A DNA stretch of 64,000 nt from Anaerolineae bacterium (GCA_015490995.1 WFWT01000112.1:34272-98271), one strand, 5' to 3'; positions 9,936-20,196 are shown, counted from the first letter of the stretch. The notes: generated from the sequence alone by a model not told the origin. Numbers and translations are program-made.

Positions 9936-12900
9936 ATGAACGATCACACTGGCATCGTGACATCTGAACGGGAAAGCAACCGACCAACGGACCTCCTTTC
10001 CCCTTCACCCGCGCGGTTGGTCTGTTTGGAATTACATGGATACAAATCCTTTGCCCTCAAGACGGAATTTGTGTTCCCCACGGGCATCACTGCAATTGTA
10101 GGCCCCAACGGTAGCGGCAAGTCCAACATCGCGGACGCGCTGCGCTGGGTCCTCGGGGAGCAAAGCTACAGTGTGCTCCGCGGTAAACGCACCGAAGACA
10201 TGATCTTCTCCGGCAGCGAACAACGGCCGCGCATGGGAATGGCATCGGTCAGTGTGACGTTCAACAACAGCGACGGCTGGCTTCCGGTGGATTACAGCAC
10301 CGTCGTCCTTACCCGGCGGGCTTACCGTTCCGGAGAGAATGAGTACTTTCTCAACGGCACCCGCGTCCGCCTGCGGGATATTCAAGAGCTTCTCGCCGAA
10401 AGTGGCCTCCTGAAACGCAGCTATGCCATCATCGGTCAGGGTCTGGTAGACCAAGCCCTTTCCCTTCGACCTGAAGAGCGCCGTGTCTTGATCGAGGAAG
10501 CAGCCGGTATCACCGCCTACCAACGCAAACGCGATCAGGCACTCACCCGCCTGGCTGAAGTGGAAGCCAACCTCGTACGCGTACAGGACATTATGGCCGA
10601 ACTCTCCCCACAACTACGACGACTCCAAAAACAGGCAGAGAAAGTCGAACAATACACCCTCCTTAAAGACCAGCTCCGTTCCCTGCTTATCACGTGGTAC
10701 GGCTACCGATGGCATCAAGGCGTAGAAGAACTGGCCCGTGCCGAAACAGCCTACCGGGAACAGGAACAGCGCCTCACAGCCCGCCGTCAACGTCTACGCG
10801 AACTAGAACAACAACATCAGACTCTGGAAGAAGAACACGCTCGTTGGCGGACACAATTACAAGAACATCACCGGCAGATAAGCGAACTTCACCAACAACT
10901 GGAAGCGCTCTTGCGAGAGGAAGCCGTTATCGCCGAGCGCAAACGGGGATTGGAAGCCCAACGGAACCGCCTTCAAAACGAGCTTCCTGCCCTCATGACC
11001 CATCGCGAAGCGTTAGAACAGCGCCTGGCAGACGTACGAAACCAACAACAACGTTTGAGCGAAGAAGCAGCAACATTAGCCACAGAACTTGAAGCCGTCC
11101 AGGCGCAGGTTGCCGCCTGGGAAAGGCAATACCAGGAAGCAGAACAGCGGGTACGCGAACTTCAAGAACAGCTATTACACCTTACCGCTCAAATCGCTCA
11201 ACGTCAGGAACAGCAACGGCAGGTTGACGCCCGCCTGCAAACCCTGGAAGAAGAAATAAATCGCCAGCAAGCCCAACTCCAGGAGTTGCAATCCCAGCAC
11301 CACGCCGTCGACACGCGTTGGCAGGCACATCGACAACGCATGTCCCAAAAGGAGCAAGCCCTGGCCGAACTCCGAGCTGCGCTGGAAGCACAGGAACATG
11401 TCATTCAACAACGCCAGGAAGCCTTCCTAGAGGCTCAAGCCCGTCTGCGTCAAGCAGAGGATGCGTTGGCCACCCTGAAAAAACGTCAACAAACCCTTGA
11501 ATGGGAACGTGAAGAGGGCCGTGGCCTTTATGCAGGGGTACGCGCCGTGCTCCAGGCACGGGAACTTTCCGGGATCATCGGCATCGTGGCCGAACTTATC
11601 CAGGTACCTGATCACCTGGAACGGGCCATAGAAGAAGCCCTTGGGCCCTCCCTCCAGGACATCGTTGTTGAACGGTGGCGTGATGCCGAGGCAGCTGTTA
11701 CGTTCCTGAAACAGAAGCAAGCAGGCCGAGCTACCTTCCTTCCCCTGGACAGCATACGCCCACCCCGACGCCTTCCCGTTCCCTCCAGGCCAGGAGTGAT
11801 TGGGTTAGGGGCCGATTTAGTGACAGCGGAGGCGCGCCTACGCCCGGTGGTGGAGCTGCTCTTAAACCGCACCTTGGTTGTGAAGGATCTTGCCACAGCT
11901 CGTCAGGTGTTGTCCCAAGCAGATGGATTGCGCATTGTTACCTTGGATGGGGAACTGGTGCGTACCACCGGCCGTTTAACGGGCGGGACGATCCGACGGC
12001 AGCGGGAGGGCATTCTCGCTCGGGAACGGGAATGGCGGGCATTGCCCCAACGGATAGCCGAAGCCCTCGATATTCTGGAACAAACCCGCGCCAAGGTTAC
12101 GGCAACCGAACAGGCCCTTCAAGCCGCTAAGGGTGAACGACAGGCATTACATCAGCAATATCAAAACCTGACGCGAGAGCTCACCGCGCTCCAAGAAAAG
12201 GAACAACGCCTGGCCCGTGAACGCACCGCTTTAGCCGCCCGCCTGGAGACTGCTCGCCAGGTTCACCAACGCCTGGTGGGCGAACAACAACGCTTGCAAG
12301 AACATCGGCAGCAGCTCGACACCGACCACCAGGAGCTCCAGGCACGACACGCTGAGACTAAAGCTGCCTTAGCAAACGCCCGCCAGGCGCTGGAGAGCCT
12401 TCGCTCAGACGATGTCCACCAGCGCCTGACTCATCTACAGACGCTACAGGCCGCTCTCACCGGCCGTCAACAAACCCTCGCGGAAACGGCACGCACCTTG
12501 GAAGAGGACCTGAACCACCAGAAAGAACGCATTGCCGCTCAGGAAGCCCAGCTTCAGCAGATTACCGCGGACATCGCATCACAAGAAGCCCGGCTGCGTG
12601 ACCTTCAGGAACGCATTAATACCCTTCAGGAACGCGTTGCCGCGTTGCAGGAACCGGTAGCAATCGCCGAGAAGCAATTAACCGCTCTGGAAGAGGAACG
12701 GCAACGTATAGCACAACAGCGAGAACAGGAACAACAACGATTACACCAAGATGAATCCTTTCTCGCCCGCCTTAACCTCGCTTACCAACGGGCCCAAGAT
12801 GTGCTTCGTCGTCTTCAGGAGGACATTACCGCCGACTTGGGCCTGGTTCAACTGGAGGAAACATCGGACCTGTTCCCTGCCCAAGAGCCTCTCCCTCTGG

Positions 12901-13601
12901 AGAACGGTGTCATCACATTGCCTCGAGTTACCCAGCTACAAGCCGACGTGGAAGATGAGATAAAACGACTACGCATTCGCCTCCGGCAACTCGAACCCGT
13001 AAACCCGGACGCCCCCGAGGAATACGCGCGCTTGCAGGAACGGTATACCTTCCTGGAAACTCAAGTCCAAGATCTGATCGAAGCGTCGACCAACCTCAAA
13101 CACGTTATTGCCGAACTGGATCAGACCATGAAGCGGGAGTTTGAACGTACTTTTAAGGCAGTAGCAAAGGAATTCAAAGTGTACTTTGAACGTCTGTTCG
13201 GCGGGGGCACCGCACGCCTCGTTCTCACTCAACCCGATGACCTAACAACGACGGGCATTGACATTATTGCCCGTCCTCCCCGTAAGCGTACGCAGGGCCT
13301 GGCCATGCTCTCGGGGGGGGAACGGGCCCTCACCGCCGCGGCGCTTATCTTTGCTATCTTAAAGGTGAGCCCACCCCCCTTCTGCGTACTGGACGAAGTG
13401 GACGCGGCCCTGGACGAGGCCAACGTGGGGCGATTCCGGCAAGCGCTGCGGGAGCTGGCCCAAGACATTCAGTTCATCGTTATCACCCATAACCGGGGCA
13501 CTATTGAGGCGGCTGATACTATTTATGGTATATCCATGGGCCAGGACGGGGTCTCTCGCGCGCTTTCCCTACGCCTGGAGGAAGTGCCCGCTTCGCGATG
13601 A
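9936..13601 (+). CDS. smc: Chromosome segregation protein SMC
   Basis: GYKSFA, GPNGSGKSN, long coiled coils, hinge GRATFLPLD, LSGGE, LDEVDAALD. Confidence 0.97.
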   Translation: MNDHTGIVTSERESNRPTDLLSPSPARLVCLELHGYKSFALKTEFVFPTGITAIVGPNGSGKSNIADALRWVLGEQSYSVLRGKRTEDMIFSGSEQRPRMGMASVSVTFNNSDGWLPVDYSTVVLTRRAYRSGENEYFLNGTRVRLRDIQELLAESGLLKRSYAIIGQGLVDQALSLRPEERRVLIEEAAGITAYQRKRDQALTRLAEVEANLVRVQDIMAELSPQLRRLQKQAEKVEQYTLLKDQLRSLLITWYGYRWHQGVEELARAETAYREQEQRLTARRQRLRELEQQHQTLEEEHARWRTQLQEHHRQISELHQQLEALLREEAVIAERKRGLEAQRNRLQNELPALMTHREALEQRLADVRNQQQRLSEEAATLATELEAVQAQVAAWERQYQEAEQRVRELQEQLLHLTAQIAQRQEQQRQVDARLQTLEEEINRQQAQLQELQSQHHAVDTRWQAHRQRMSQKEQALAELRAALEAQEHVIQQRQEAFLEAQARLRQAEDALATLKKRQQTLEWEREEGRGLYAGVRAVLQARELSGIIGIVAELIQVPDHLERAIEEALGPSLQDIVVERWRDAEAAVTFLKQKQAGRATFLPLDSIRPPRRLPVPSRPGVIGLGADLVTAEARLRPVVELLLNRTLVVKDLATARQVLSQADGLRIVTLDGELVRTTGRLTGGTIRRQREGILAREREWRALPQRIAEALDILEQTRAKVTATEQALQAAKGERQALHQQYQNLTRELTALQEKEQRLARERTALAARLETARQVHQRLVGEQQRLQEHRQQLDTDHQELQARHAETKAALANARQALESLRSDDVHQRLTHLQTLQAALTGRQQTLAETARTLEEDLNHQKERIAAQEAQLQQITADIASQEARLRDLQERINTLQERVAALQEPVAIAEKQLTALEEERQRIAQQREQEQQRLHQDESFLARLNLAYQRAQDVLRRLQEDITADLGLVQLEETSDLFPAQEPLPLENGVITLPRVTQLQADVEDEIKRLRIRLRQLEPVNPDAPEEYARLQERYTFLETQVQDLIEASTNLKHVIAELDQTMKREFERTFKAVAKEFKVYFERLFGGGTARLVLTQPDDLTTTGIDIIARPPRKRTQGLAMLSGGERALTAAALIFAILKVSPPPFCVLDEVDAALDEANVGRFRQALRELAQDIQFIVITHNRGTIEAADTIYGISMGQDGVSRALSLRLEEVPASR

Positions 13602-13613
13602 GGCCTTCTCCCC

Positions 13614-16600
13614 CTACTGCTCGGGGTGCTCCAGTACTTCATAAATGCGCACGCCTGGATTTTCATACACCACCTTGAGCAAACCTGCATCCACCATCCG
13701 GTCGAAGCGGGCAATAGCTTCCGGTGGATATTGTTGCCGTTCCAGCTGGCCCACGTAAATGTAATGAATGTCAATCTCACGGATGATTTCCAATGTGCGG
13801 CCGATATCCGAAGTGTTCCAGAATTCCAAGGCCAACTGCTGGCGCGGTCCAGTCTGCCACCCGTAGCGCTGCTCTCCCATCTGGTGGAGCCCCATAAAGG
13901 TGGGCAAACCGGTAAAGGAGGCCACGCGCGTGCCGCCCTCTCGATAATAATCCAAACGCGCTTCGGCAATCGGCACAACCCGAGGGACATTGTCCAGCAA
14001 CCAGCGAATGGCTTCGTAGTCCCACACCAACTCAATACGGTGCTGCGGGGTCGGCCAAGTGTACACCCCATACTTCATGTATGCCATTCCATCCAACGTG
14101 CCAAAAGGCGGACGCCCACTGATCTCGCGCGGGAAACGGTCATCCACACGCGCAGCAGTGCCCACTACCACAAAAGTTAACGACGCGGCGACAAGGATGG
14201 CGAAGGCCATCTGCCACAAGTGTCGAATGAGGGGTTGCCAACGAGGAAGTCGAGCCCACAACCGTACCAAGCCCACTGCCGCCGCGCTGGCCAACAACAC
14301 CCAGGCCTGAATGAAGAATTTGAAAAGGGTGTTCATCCGCTTAAAATCACCACCTTGTAGGTGATCCTTTAGATAAACAAATTCCACACCGAGCAACACC
14401 AACAATGCGGTAAAGCTCAGGAGAGAGGCAAAGACCACTCCGGTGGGCACGGTCAGGCGCAAAGTCAACACGCCAAAGGCGATCACCGGTGTGACGAGGA
14501 GGGCCGGCACCCTATACCCGGCCAACCATAATAACACCGCTACCGGCACACTCAAACCAACAAGCCAGCGCCCCAGAGCATACCCGGCCCGTGAAGCCGG
14601 TGTGAGAAGCAGAGGCGAAGGCACCACCACGGAAGAACTGACTACGGCCAAGGGAGAGCGGCTCGCCTGTTCCACAGGCGCCGTAAGCTGACCTGCACCC
14701 TTTTCTTGAGAACCTGACCCTACCAGACGCCCATGCCACCACAGGAAACGGGGCAGCCGATCGTAATATACCACTACACCTCGCATCCACCGGGCCAACC
14801 CCAACCGGTCACGCTGGACCACTTCCACGGCCAGAAAGCTCAGGGCCAGAAACACCCAAAGTGCCCACATGTTCAGCCACACCCCAAGGGAGGTCTTTTG
14901 GGGCTCCCAGCCCACACCGGAGGCCGCGATGGGTGCATAATTCACGAAGAAAGGACGGTATAGCAAAAACGCTCCGCCCAGGATAAGCCCCACTTGGCCA
15001 ATCCAACGCAAGAGGTTCACCCTGCCTTGCCCTCGCCACTGGCGCAGAAAGAGAGCTACGGCCGCAATGCCCAAATACGTGGGCACATCCCACGTATTGA
15101 TAACTGCCAGCGCTCCCAACACTAAGGGTAACGCCACAAACTGGGCCGTCCCATATACAAGCTGACGATCCCCTTCCAGGGGGGAAGGCCAATCTCCTCG
15201 CCCCTCCAACCATGAACGCCCCGCGCCCATCACAACGTTCAGGGCTAACCCCAGAAACAGCAGGGTAAACGGAATTCCCATCATGTGGGGGTGTAAATCC
15301 GCAAAAAGGAACGACCAGAAAGGAAACTCGTTAATGGTGAAGGGAATAACCCGGCTGGGATTCCAGTAATTGTACTTCGGGAGATCCACTTCCCCGTTCC
15401 AAACTCGTCCCAAGCCGTCCAGCGCGCGCACGAGGGTTTCTAACCACGGGAATAAGGTGCTGCGGAAATCCGTTTTGCTTGCCGCCGCCAGGTTGCGGAG
15501 GATCTCCACCGTGCCGTCCGGGTTGCCGAAGAGGGCCACGAAAGCACCGCCCGCCAAACCGGCATAAAGCGCAACCCGCCGGGCCCAACCGGCCACCATG
15601 TTGTACACCAGCCCACATGCAGCCACAACGGTCAGCGCGAACAGCGTCGGTACTGCCAGGTTAAAGGCAACGGCAGGTGTAATGCCTGTCAACTTGATCA
15701 GGACGTTAACAATTTGATATCCCCAGTAGTAGTAATTAATGGTGCCCCCTGCAAAATATGGATCATAGGGAGGGAAGTAAGGGGAACGCACCGTCGCGTG
15801 GAGATAAGCAATCTCCATGAACTTCTCTCCCCCGTTCCAGGGTTGCCAGAGATCCGGATTGAGCAGGCGAATGAACACAAACAAAATGTACGCAACGGCA
15901 AAAAGGCCTTCATACACCAGCATCAACCGCCAGTGATGGCGCATCCAAGTCAGCCAGGGCCTCCAAAAACGCCGCGCGATCCACGCGCTGGCCCCAGCTG
16001 TAGCCACAAGGACCAGAACCACCAGGGGGAGGTCGTTAATCCACACGCGTAGGGAAGGTACAATCCAGGCCAAATAAGCTACCAGGATAAGACCTAAAGC
16101 TTTGCTCAACGCGTATCCCCGATCTTCCAGCCAGGCAAAGGTCACAAAGGAGAAGGGCCACGCGATGAGGCCGATCAGGAGAACGGCCAGCCACCACAGC
16201 ACAACCGCGGGCACGGTGTGCTCACTGGCCCAGCGGTTCCAACGCCAGTACCGCACGACCGGCATCTCGTCAAAGGAGCGATCCAGCAAGAGCGACGGCC
16301 CTTTCCGTTCCTCCGCAGGAGTAGCCGGTGAAGGTGCAGGCCGATTACCGAAGGGCAGACGCCGGAAAAGTTTCTGCAGAAACGTCTCTGGAACATACCA
16401 ATGCCGTGCCCCTTCCCACGTACCTCCCAGCAGAGCGTTCCACTCCTCATCCGTTAGGTCGCGCACCTTGCGGTATACCAGCACTCGGGGATGGTCATAC
16501 ACCCAAAAACTCTCGTCTGCGTCGTCATCGGGAAACACAAAAGGACCTAACCGCGGGTACGAGGTAACATCCAGCACGCGCACGAACCCCAGCTGCTCCG

Positions 16601-18302
16601 CGAAGAAAAGTTCGTAAAAGCGTGTGGTCATGGGATATCGCTCGGGTAACCGGGGGATGGTGCGGTACAATCGTCCGCTGGCAAAGATGTAGTAGTCCGC
16701 TTGGCGCAAGTTGTTCTTGATAATGTCGAATTTCTCAGGCGTATCTTCTTCGTACATCGGCATTGTCACGTACCGGTAACGGCCAGGATTCGCACCAGGT
16801 TCTGGCAATCCTAGGGGAAGACGGTCATCCCAGTGCTCCGTGGCCAAGACAGCGCCATCCGGCACGTTCTCGTAAATCCACCGCGATGCAACAATCCAGG
16901 GATGGGGTTGAGCGTATACGCCGTATAAGAAGGCGGCAGACCAAAACACCGCTTGCACGAGGGCCACGGCACCGACAATTGCCCCCCACCCCCCTCGACG
17001 GGCCAACCAGTCCCCGGCCCGTCGCCACAGACCTCCGGGCAAACGCTCCCTCGGCAAGGGAAGGCGTGAAAGGTCATACAACAGCGCAGTGCCAAAAAGG
17101 ATCAGTGAAGGCACGATAGGCAGGGTGTAACGCATGAATTTAGCCAGAAACAGCCCAGTGGGACCGAAGTAAAACACTACCCACGCCAACAACATCCATT
17201 CGCCAGGCCGCAGACGGCGTCGCACAGCACGCACGAACGCCCACCCCAGGCCCAACCATCCCAGCAATCCCAAGGCCCATCCCATTCCCCAGCGGATCGA
17301 TTGCTCCATGTGGTAAATGTACGGTCGGGTACCGCGATATTGCCGGGTAAAGGGGAAATCCGCGTCTCCCCGCACCATGGCGCCCTGCTCAACCAGAACA
17401 GCTTGTTTAAAGTTAGGCCAATCCAGGATTACGAAAGGCGAGGTCACGGCAAAGATTACCGCCGCAACCACCAAACAGAGCGCCACCAGAAGCGCGGGGT
17501 GGGGGCCGGGCCGATCGGCACGCCGCAACCATAACACCAACAGAGGTGCAATCACGATGGGCAAAGCGCTGAACTTACTGCCCACGGCCAAAGCTATCCC
17601 CACACCTGTGATCACGGCATCCCGAGGACGCCCCGTGTCAACCATGCGCATGGCCCCGTAAATGGCCAGCATCGTGAACGTGGTGGACATAGGATCCACC
17701 GCGAAAAAGTGCGCCAGCTGAATGTGGGTCACGGTGAAGGTGACAAAGGCCATTGCCAACCAGCCCCACCAGGGACCATAGAGGCGCCTGCCGATGAGGT
17801 ACACCAAGAAAACCGTAAACGTGTCTGCCAGCGCCATCAACAAGCGACCTACTACGGCCAGGCCAGGCACGTCATCCAGGCCGGCAATGTACATCACGGT
17901 CTCAGGAGGGGCCCCTAATACTTCCGCTAACGGAGCCAACCGGGCCACTGCCTTGGCGGTGAAGACAAGAAGATAAAGGGGAAAATGACCGTACGTGTAC
18001 GAGCGCCGTTGCTGAGCCACCCGGTCCCAAAGCGGGTTTAAGGGCGAACGCCGCGGATCTAGCGCTTCCTCCCAGGAGCTGGGCCACGCGATGGTAGGCG
18101 CGTAAAACGCAATCGTAGAACGCTCATCCGGGTGAGGGAGCTGACCATCGGCCCAATCCACGTTATACGCACGCAGGAAGAAGGCTACCAGCAACGTGAG
18201 GAGAACCAGCGTCGCGTGCCCCCACCCGTTCGGCAACGCTGTCGAACCCTTCCGTGGTGAATGTGCTGTCGTCCCCGTGTGTGCTCCGTCTCGTGCCATC
18301 AT
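13614..18302 (-). CDS. Large polytopic GT-C membrane protein: PMT/GT39-like N-half fused to DUF2298 (Chlor_Arch_YYY) C-half
   Basis: HPDER, YTYGHFPLYL and FPFTRQY in the N-half. GEKFME, PPYDPYFAGGTINYYYWG, INEFPFWSFLFADLHPH and RMNTLFKF in the C-half. Confidence 0.85.
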   Translation of the reverse strand: MMARDGAHTGTTAHSPRKGSTALPNGWGHATLVLLTLLVAFFLRAYNVDWADGQLPHPDERSTIAFYAPTIAWPSSWEEALDPRRSPLNPLWDRVAQQRRSYTYGHFPLYLLVFTAKAVARLAPLAEVLGAPPETVMYIAGLDDVPGLAVVGRLLMALADTFTVFLVYLIGRRLYGPWWGWLAMAFVTFTVTHIQLAHFFAVDPMSTTFTMLAIYGAMRMVDTGRPRDAVITGVGIALAVGSKFSALPIVIAPLLVLWLRRADRPGPHPALLVALCLVVAAVIFAVTSPFVILDWPNFKQAVLVEQGAMVRGDADFPFTRQYRGTRPYIYHMEQSIRWGMGWALGLLGWLGLGWAFVRAVRRRLRPGEWMLLAWVVFYFGPTGLFLAKFMRYTLPIVPSLILFGTALLYDLSRLPLPRERLPGGLWRRAGDWLARRGGWGAIVGAVALVQAVFWSAAFLYGVYAQPHPWIVASRWIYENVPDGAVLATEHWDDRLPLGLPEPGANPGRYRYVTMPMYEEDTPEKFDIIKNNLRQADYYIFASGRLYRTIPRLPERYPMTTRFYELFFAEQLGFVRVLDVTSYPRLGPFVFPDDDADESFWVYDHPRVLVYRKVRDLTDEEWNALLGGTWEGARHWYVPETFLQKLFRRLPFGNRPAPSPATPAEERKGPSLLLDRSFDEMPVVRYWRWNRWASEHTVPAVVLWWLAVLLIGLIAWPFSFVTFAWLEDRGYALSKALGLILVAYLAWIVPSLRVWINDLPLVVLVLVATAGASAWIARRFWRPWLTWMRHHWRLMLVYEGLFAVAYILFVFIRLLNPDLWQPWNGGEKFMEIAYLHATVRSPYFPPYDPYFAGGTINYYYWGYQIVNVLIKLTGITPAVAFNLAVPTLFALTVVAACGLVYNMVAGWARRVALYAGLAGGAFVALFGNPDGTVEILRNLAAASKTDFRSTLFPWLETLVRALDGLGRVWNGEVDLPKYNYWNPSRVIPFTINEFPFWSFLFADLHPHMMGIPFTLLFLGLALNVVMGAGRSWLEGRGDWPSPLEGDRQLVYGTAQFVALPLVLGALAVINTWDVPTYLGIAAVALFLRQWRGQGRVNLLRWIGQVGLILGGAFLLYRPFFVNYAPIAASGVGWEPQKTSLGVWLNMWALWVFLALSFLAVEVVQRDRLGLARWMRGVVVYYDRLPRFLWWHGRLVGSGSQEKGAGQLTAPVEQASRSPLAVVSSSVVVPSPLLLTPASRAGYALGRWLVGLSVPVAVLLWLAGYRVPALLVTPVIAFGVLTLRLTVPTGVVFASLLSFTALLVLLGVEFVYLKDHLQGGDFKRMNTLFKFFIQAWVLLASAAAVGLVRLWARLPRWQPLIRHLWQMAFAILVAASLTFVVVGTAARVDDRFPREISGRPPFGTLDGMAYMKYGVYTWPTPQHRIELVWDYEAIRWLLDNVPRVVPIAEARLDYYREGGTRVASFTGLPTFMGLHQMGEQRYGWQTGPRQQLALEFWNTSDIGRTLEIIREIDIHYIYVGQLERQQYPPEAIARFDRMVDAGLLKVVYENPGVRIYEVLEHPEQ

Positions 18303-18489
18303 GACCGTCGACCCGACACTCAGATGATAAGGAATGTGTAGGGGTTAACCGGGCTATCCCCTGGCCAACACCCTGCAGCCCGTATGGGAGATTATACGGC
18401 AGCGTTGCCCAGGGCTGAAAACCCAAGTCTGACTTCGCACTCCCGTCCGTCAGGAATATCCCTTTAGATTCTGTCGCCCTGTCGCTGTT

Positions 18490-18519
18490 TTGACGCCTTC
18501 TCCCCAAAGTAGGTAGAAT
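18490..18519 (+). promoter_or_regulatory. Putative sigma70 promoter for the kinase/regulator pair
   Basis: TTGACG-N18-TAGAAT. Confidence 0.55.
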
Positions 18520-18570
18520 CTACCCCACCCCACACACGATTCAGAGCACATATGGGGAGTTGAGACAATT

Positions 18571-19341
18571 ATGAAACCCGTGGCATCTCAACCATCGGTT
18601 GGGCCAGTGTCCAGTTCATCATCTGCTGGCGAAGAAAGTCCGGAGCAGACACTTTACGCCTTTGTGCTGGACATTCATGACGGTCTGGTACAAAACTTGT
18701 TCGCGGCGGCTTCACAAGTACACACTCTCCAGCGGCACCTCACGGGGAACCGGCCTATAGACATGACTACCCTGGAGGAAGGGCTTCAACGCATTGCCGA
18801 CCTGCTGGAAAGCTCCTTGTACGAAATACGCACCTTCGTTCACGCATTTGGCTCTCCGGACATTTACCATCGCGATTTCACTACTTTGGTACATGAACTG
18901 GCCGAACAGCGCCGCTCCATTACCGGTATGCAGGTGCACGTTACCATAACACCCTCCCTGCCCTCCTTGCCCCTCCCCACGCGCGTGGCCCTTTACCGCA
19001 TCCTCCAAGAAGCCCTGGCCAATGCCCACCGCCACGGCCAGGCCACCGACGTATGGGTTAAGCTGGCCTGTCATCCTCCGTTGCTCACCCTGGAGATTAG
19101 GGACAACGGCCAAGGCTTTGACCCAGAGCGTGTGCTCGCCTCTCCTCACATCGGAAAACACCTGGGATTACGAGGCATGCAGGAACGCGTCCAGGCCCTG
19201 GGAGGCACATTGGACATTACCAGTGCTCCCGGTCAGGGGACCACCATTCGTATCACTCTGCCGTGCTCGGAGGCAGAGAGCGCCCATGAGCAGGAAAGCA
19301 CACCCGCACCAAAAGCGCATTCGGGTCGTGCTCGCGGATGA
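18571..19341 (+). CDS. Soluble HisKA_3 + HATPase_c histidine kinase with no sensor domain
   Basis: H-box LDIHDGLVQNL, N-box RILQEALANAHRH, G-boxes IRDNGQGFD, LGLRGMQERV and SAPGQGT. Confidence 0.9.
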   Translation: MKPVASQPSVGPVSSSSSAGEESPEQTLYAFVLDIHDGLVQNLFAAASQVHTLQRHLTGNRPIDMTTLEEGLQRIADLLESSLYEIRTFVHAFGSPDIYHRDFTTLVHELAEQRRSITGMQVHVTITPSLPSLPLPTRVALYRILQEALANAHRHGQATDVWVKLACHPPLLTLEIRDNGQGFDPERVLASPHIGKHLGLRGMQERVQALGGTLDITSAPGQGTTIRITLPCSEAESAHEQESTPAPKAHSGRARG

Positions 19342-19942
19342 CCACGAGCTGGTCTTAGAAGGGCTGCGTTCCATTCTCCAGCACGAGCCCGACATTGAAG
19401 TAGTGGCCGCGGTCACCGACGGCGAGCAACTTTTGCGCGTCCTGCAAACTCATCGCCCGGACATGGTGGTTCTTGACCTTCGCATGCCCAAAATTGACGG
19501 CCTTGCCTGTTTACGCTTTATCCGGGAACACGGCCTGCCCACCCGAGTGCTGGTACTGACCGCCTTTGACGACCGGGAATCGGTACGAGCCGCCTTTGAA
19601 CTGGGCGCCGACGGCTTCGCGTTGAAGACCGATCCCCCTCAGTTAACCGTTGCCGCCATTCGCGAGGTGTACCACGACCGGATAGTCTTTCCCCGTCTCG
19701 CCGCGCGGTGGGTCATCCAGCGTCAAGAGCAAGCCTCCCCCCTCAAAGAACGCCTTTCCCCGCGGGAACAGGAAGTTCTCGCCCTGGTAGCTGAAGGACT
19801 TACCAACGCCCAGATCGCCCAACGACTGATGATCGGTGAGGAAACGGTCAAGTTTCACCTGCGCAACATTTACCAGAAACTAGGTGTCTCCACCCGCACC
19901 GAGGCCGCCGCCTATTACTACCGACATCTGGCCAAATCCTAA
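19286..19942 (+). CDS. NarL/LuxR-family response regulator
   Basis: VVLADDHELV, VLDLRMP, FALKT, HTH LSPREQEVLALVAEGLTNAQIA...TVKFHLRNIYQKL. Start at ATG 19286, overlapping the kinase. Confidence 0.95.
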   Translation: MSRKAHPHQKRIRVVLADDHELVLEGLRSILQHEPDIEVVAAVTDGEQLLRVLQTHRPDMVVLDLRMPKIDGLACLRFIREHGLPTRVLVLTAFDDRESVRAAFELGADGFALKTDPPQLTVAAIREVYHDRIVFPRLAARWVIQRQEQASPLKERLSPREQEVLALVAEGLTNAQIAQRLMIGEETVKFHLRNIYQKLGVSTRTEAAAYYYRHLAKS

Positions 19943-19994
19943 TTGACCCCAAGTCAACCTGTTATCCCCGCTTTTTGTAGTCCCCTGCAACGGA

Positions 19995-20062
19995 ACCCCC
20001 CAAATGGGGGGGCATGATCCCCCGGTATGGGTGTTGTGAAACGCGGCACGATCTGGTATATG
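19995..20062 (+). promoter_or_regulatory. CBB operon promoter with upstream palindromic candidate operators
   Basis: TTGTGA (20034-39)-N17-TATATG (20057-62) with TG extension. Palindrome CCCCCC-AAAT-GGGGGG (19996-20011) and a degenerate copy 22 bp downstream, abutting the -35. Confidence 0.55.
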
Positions 20063-20196
20063 CAAAAGAGCCAGGTGACCACGAACGGTCCCCTCACGAG
20101 GATGTCCGGGCCACCGTTTGTCCACGAGGCCATTCCTCCCTTCGTGTCACGCACGATGGCGCTTTCATCGTGATCTGATTCCACCGGAGGTGACCT

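Noticed and set aside
19022-19285. Apparent N-terminal extension of the response regulator, or kinase-regulator frameshift fusion
   Set aside because: It is an alternative frame of the kinase. The receiver domain begins after ATG 19286 and no slippery site was seen.
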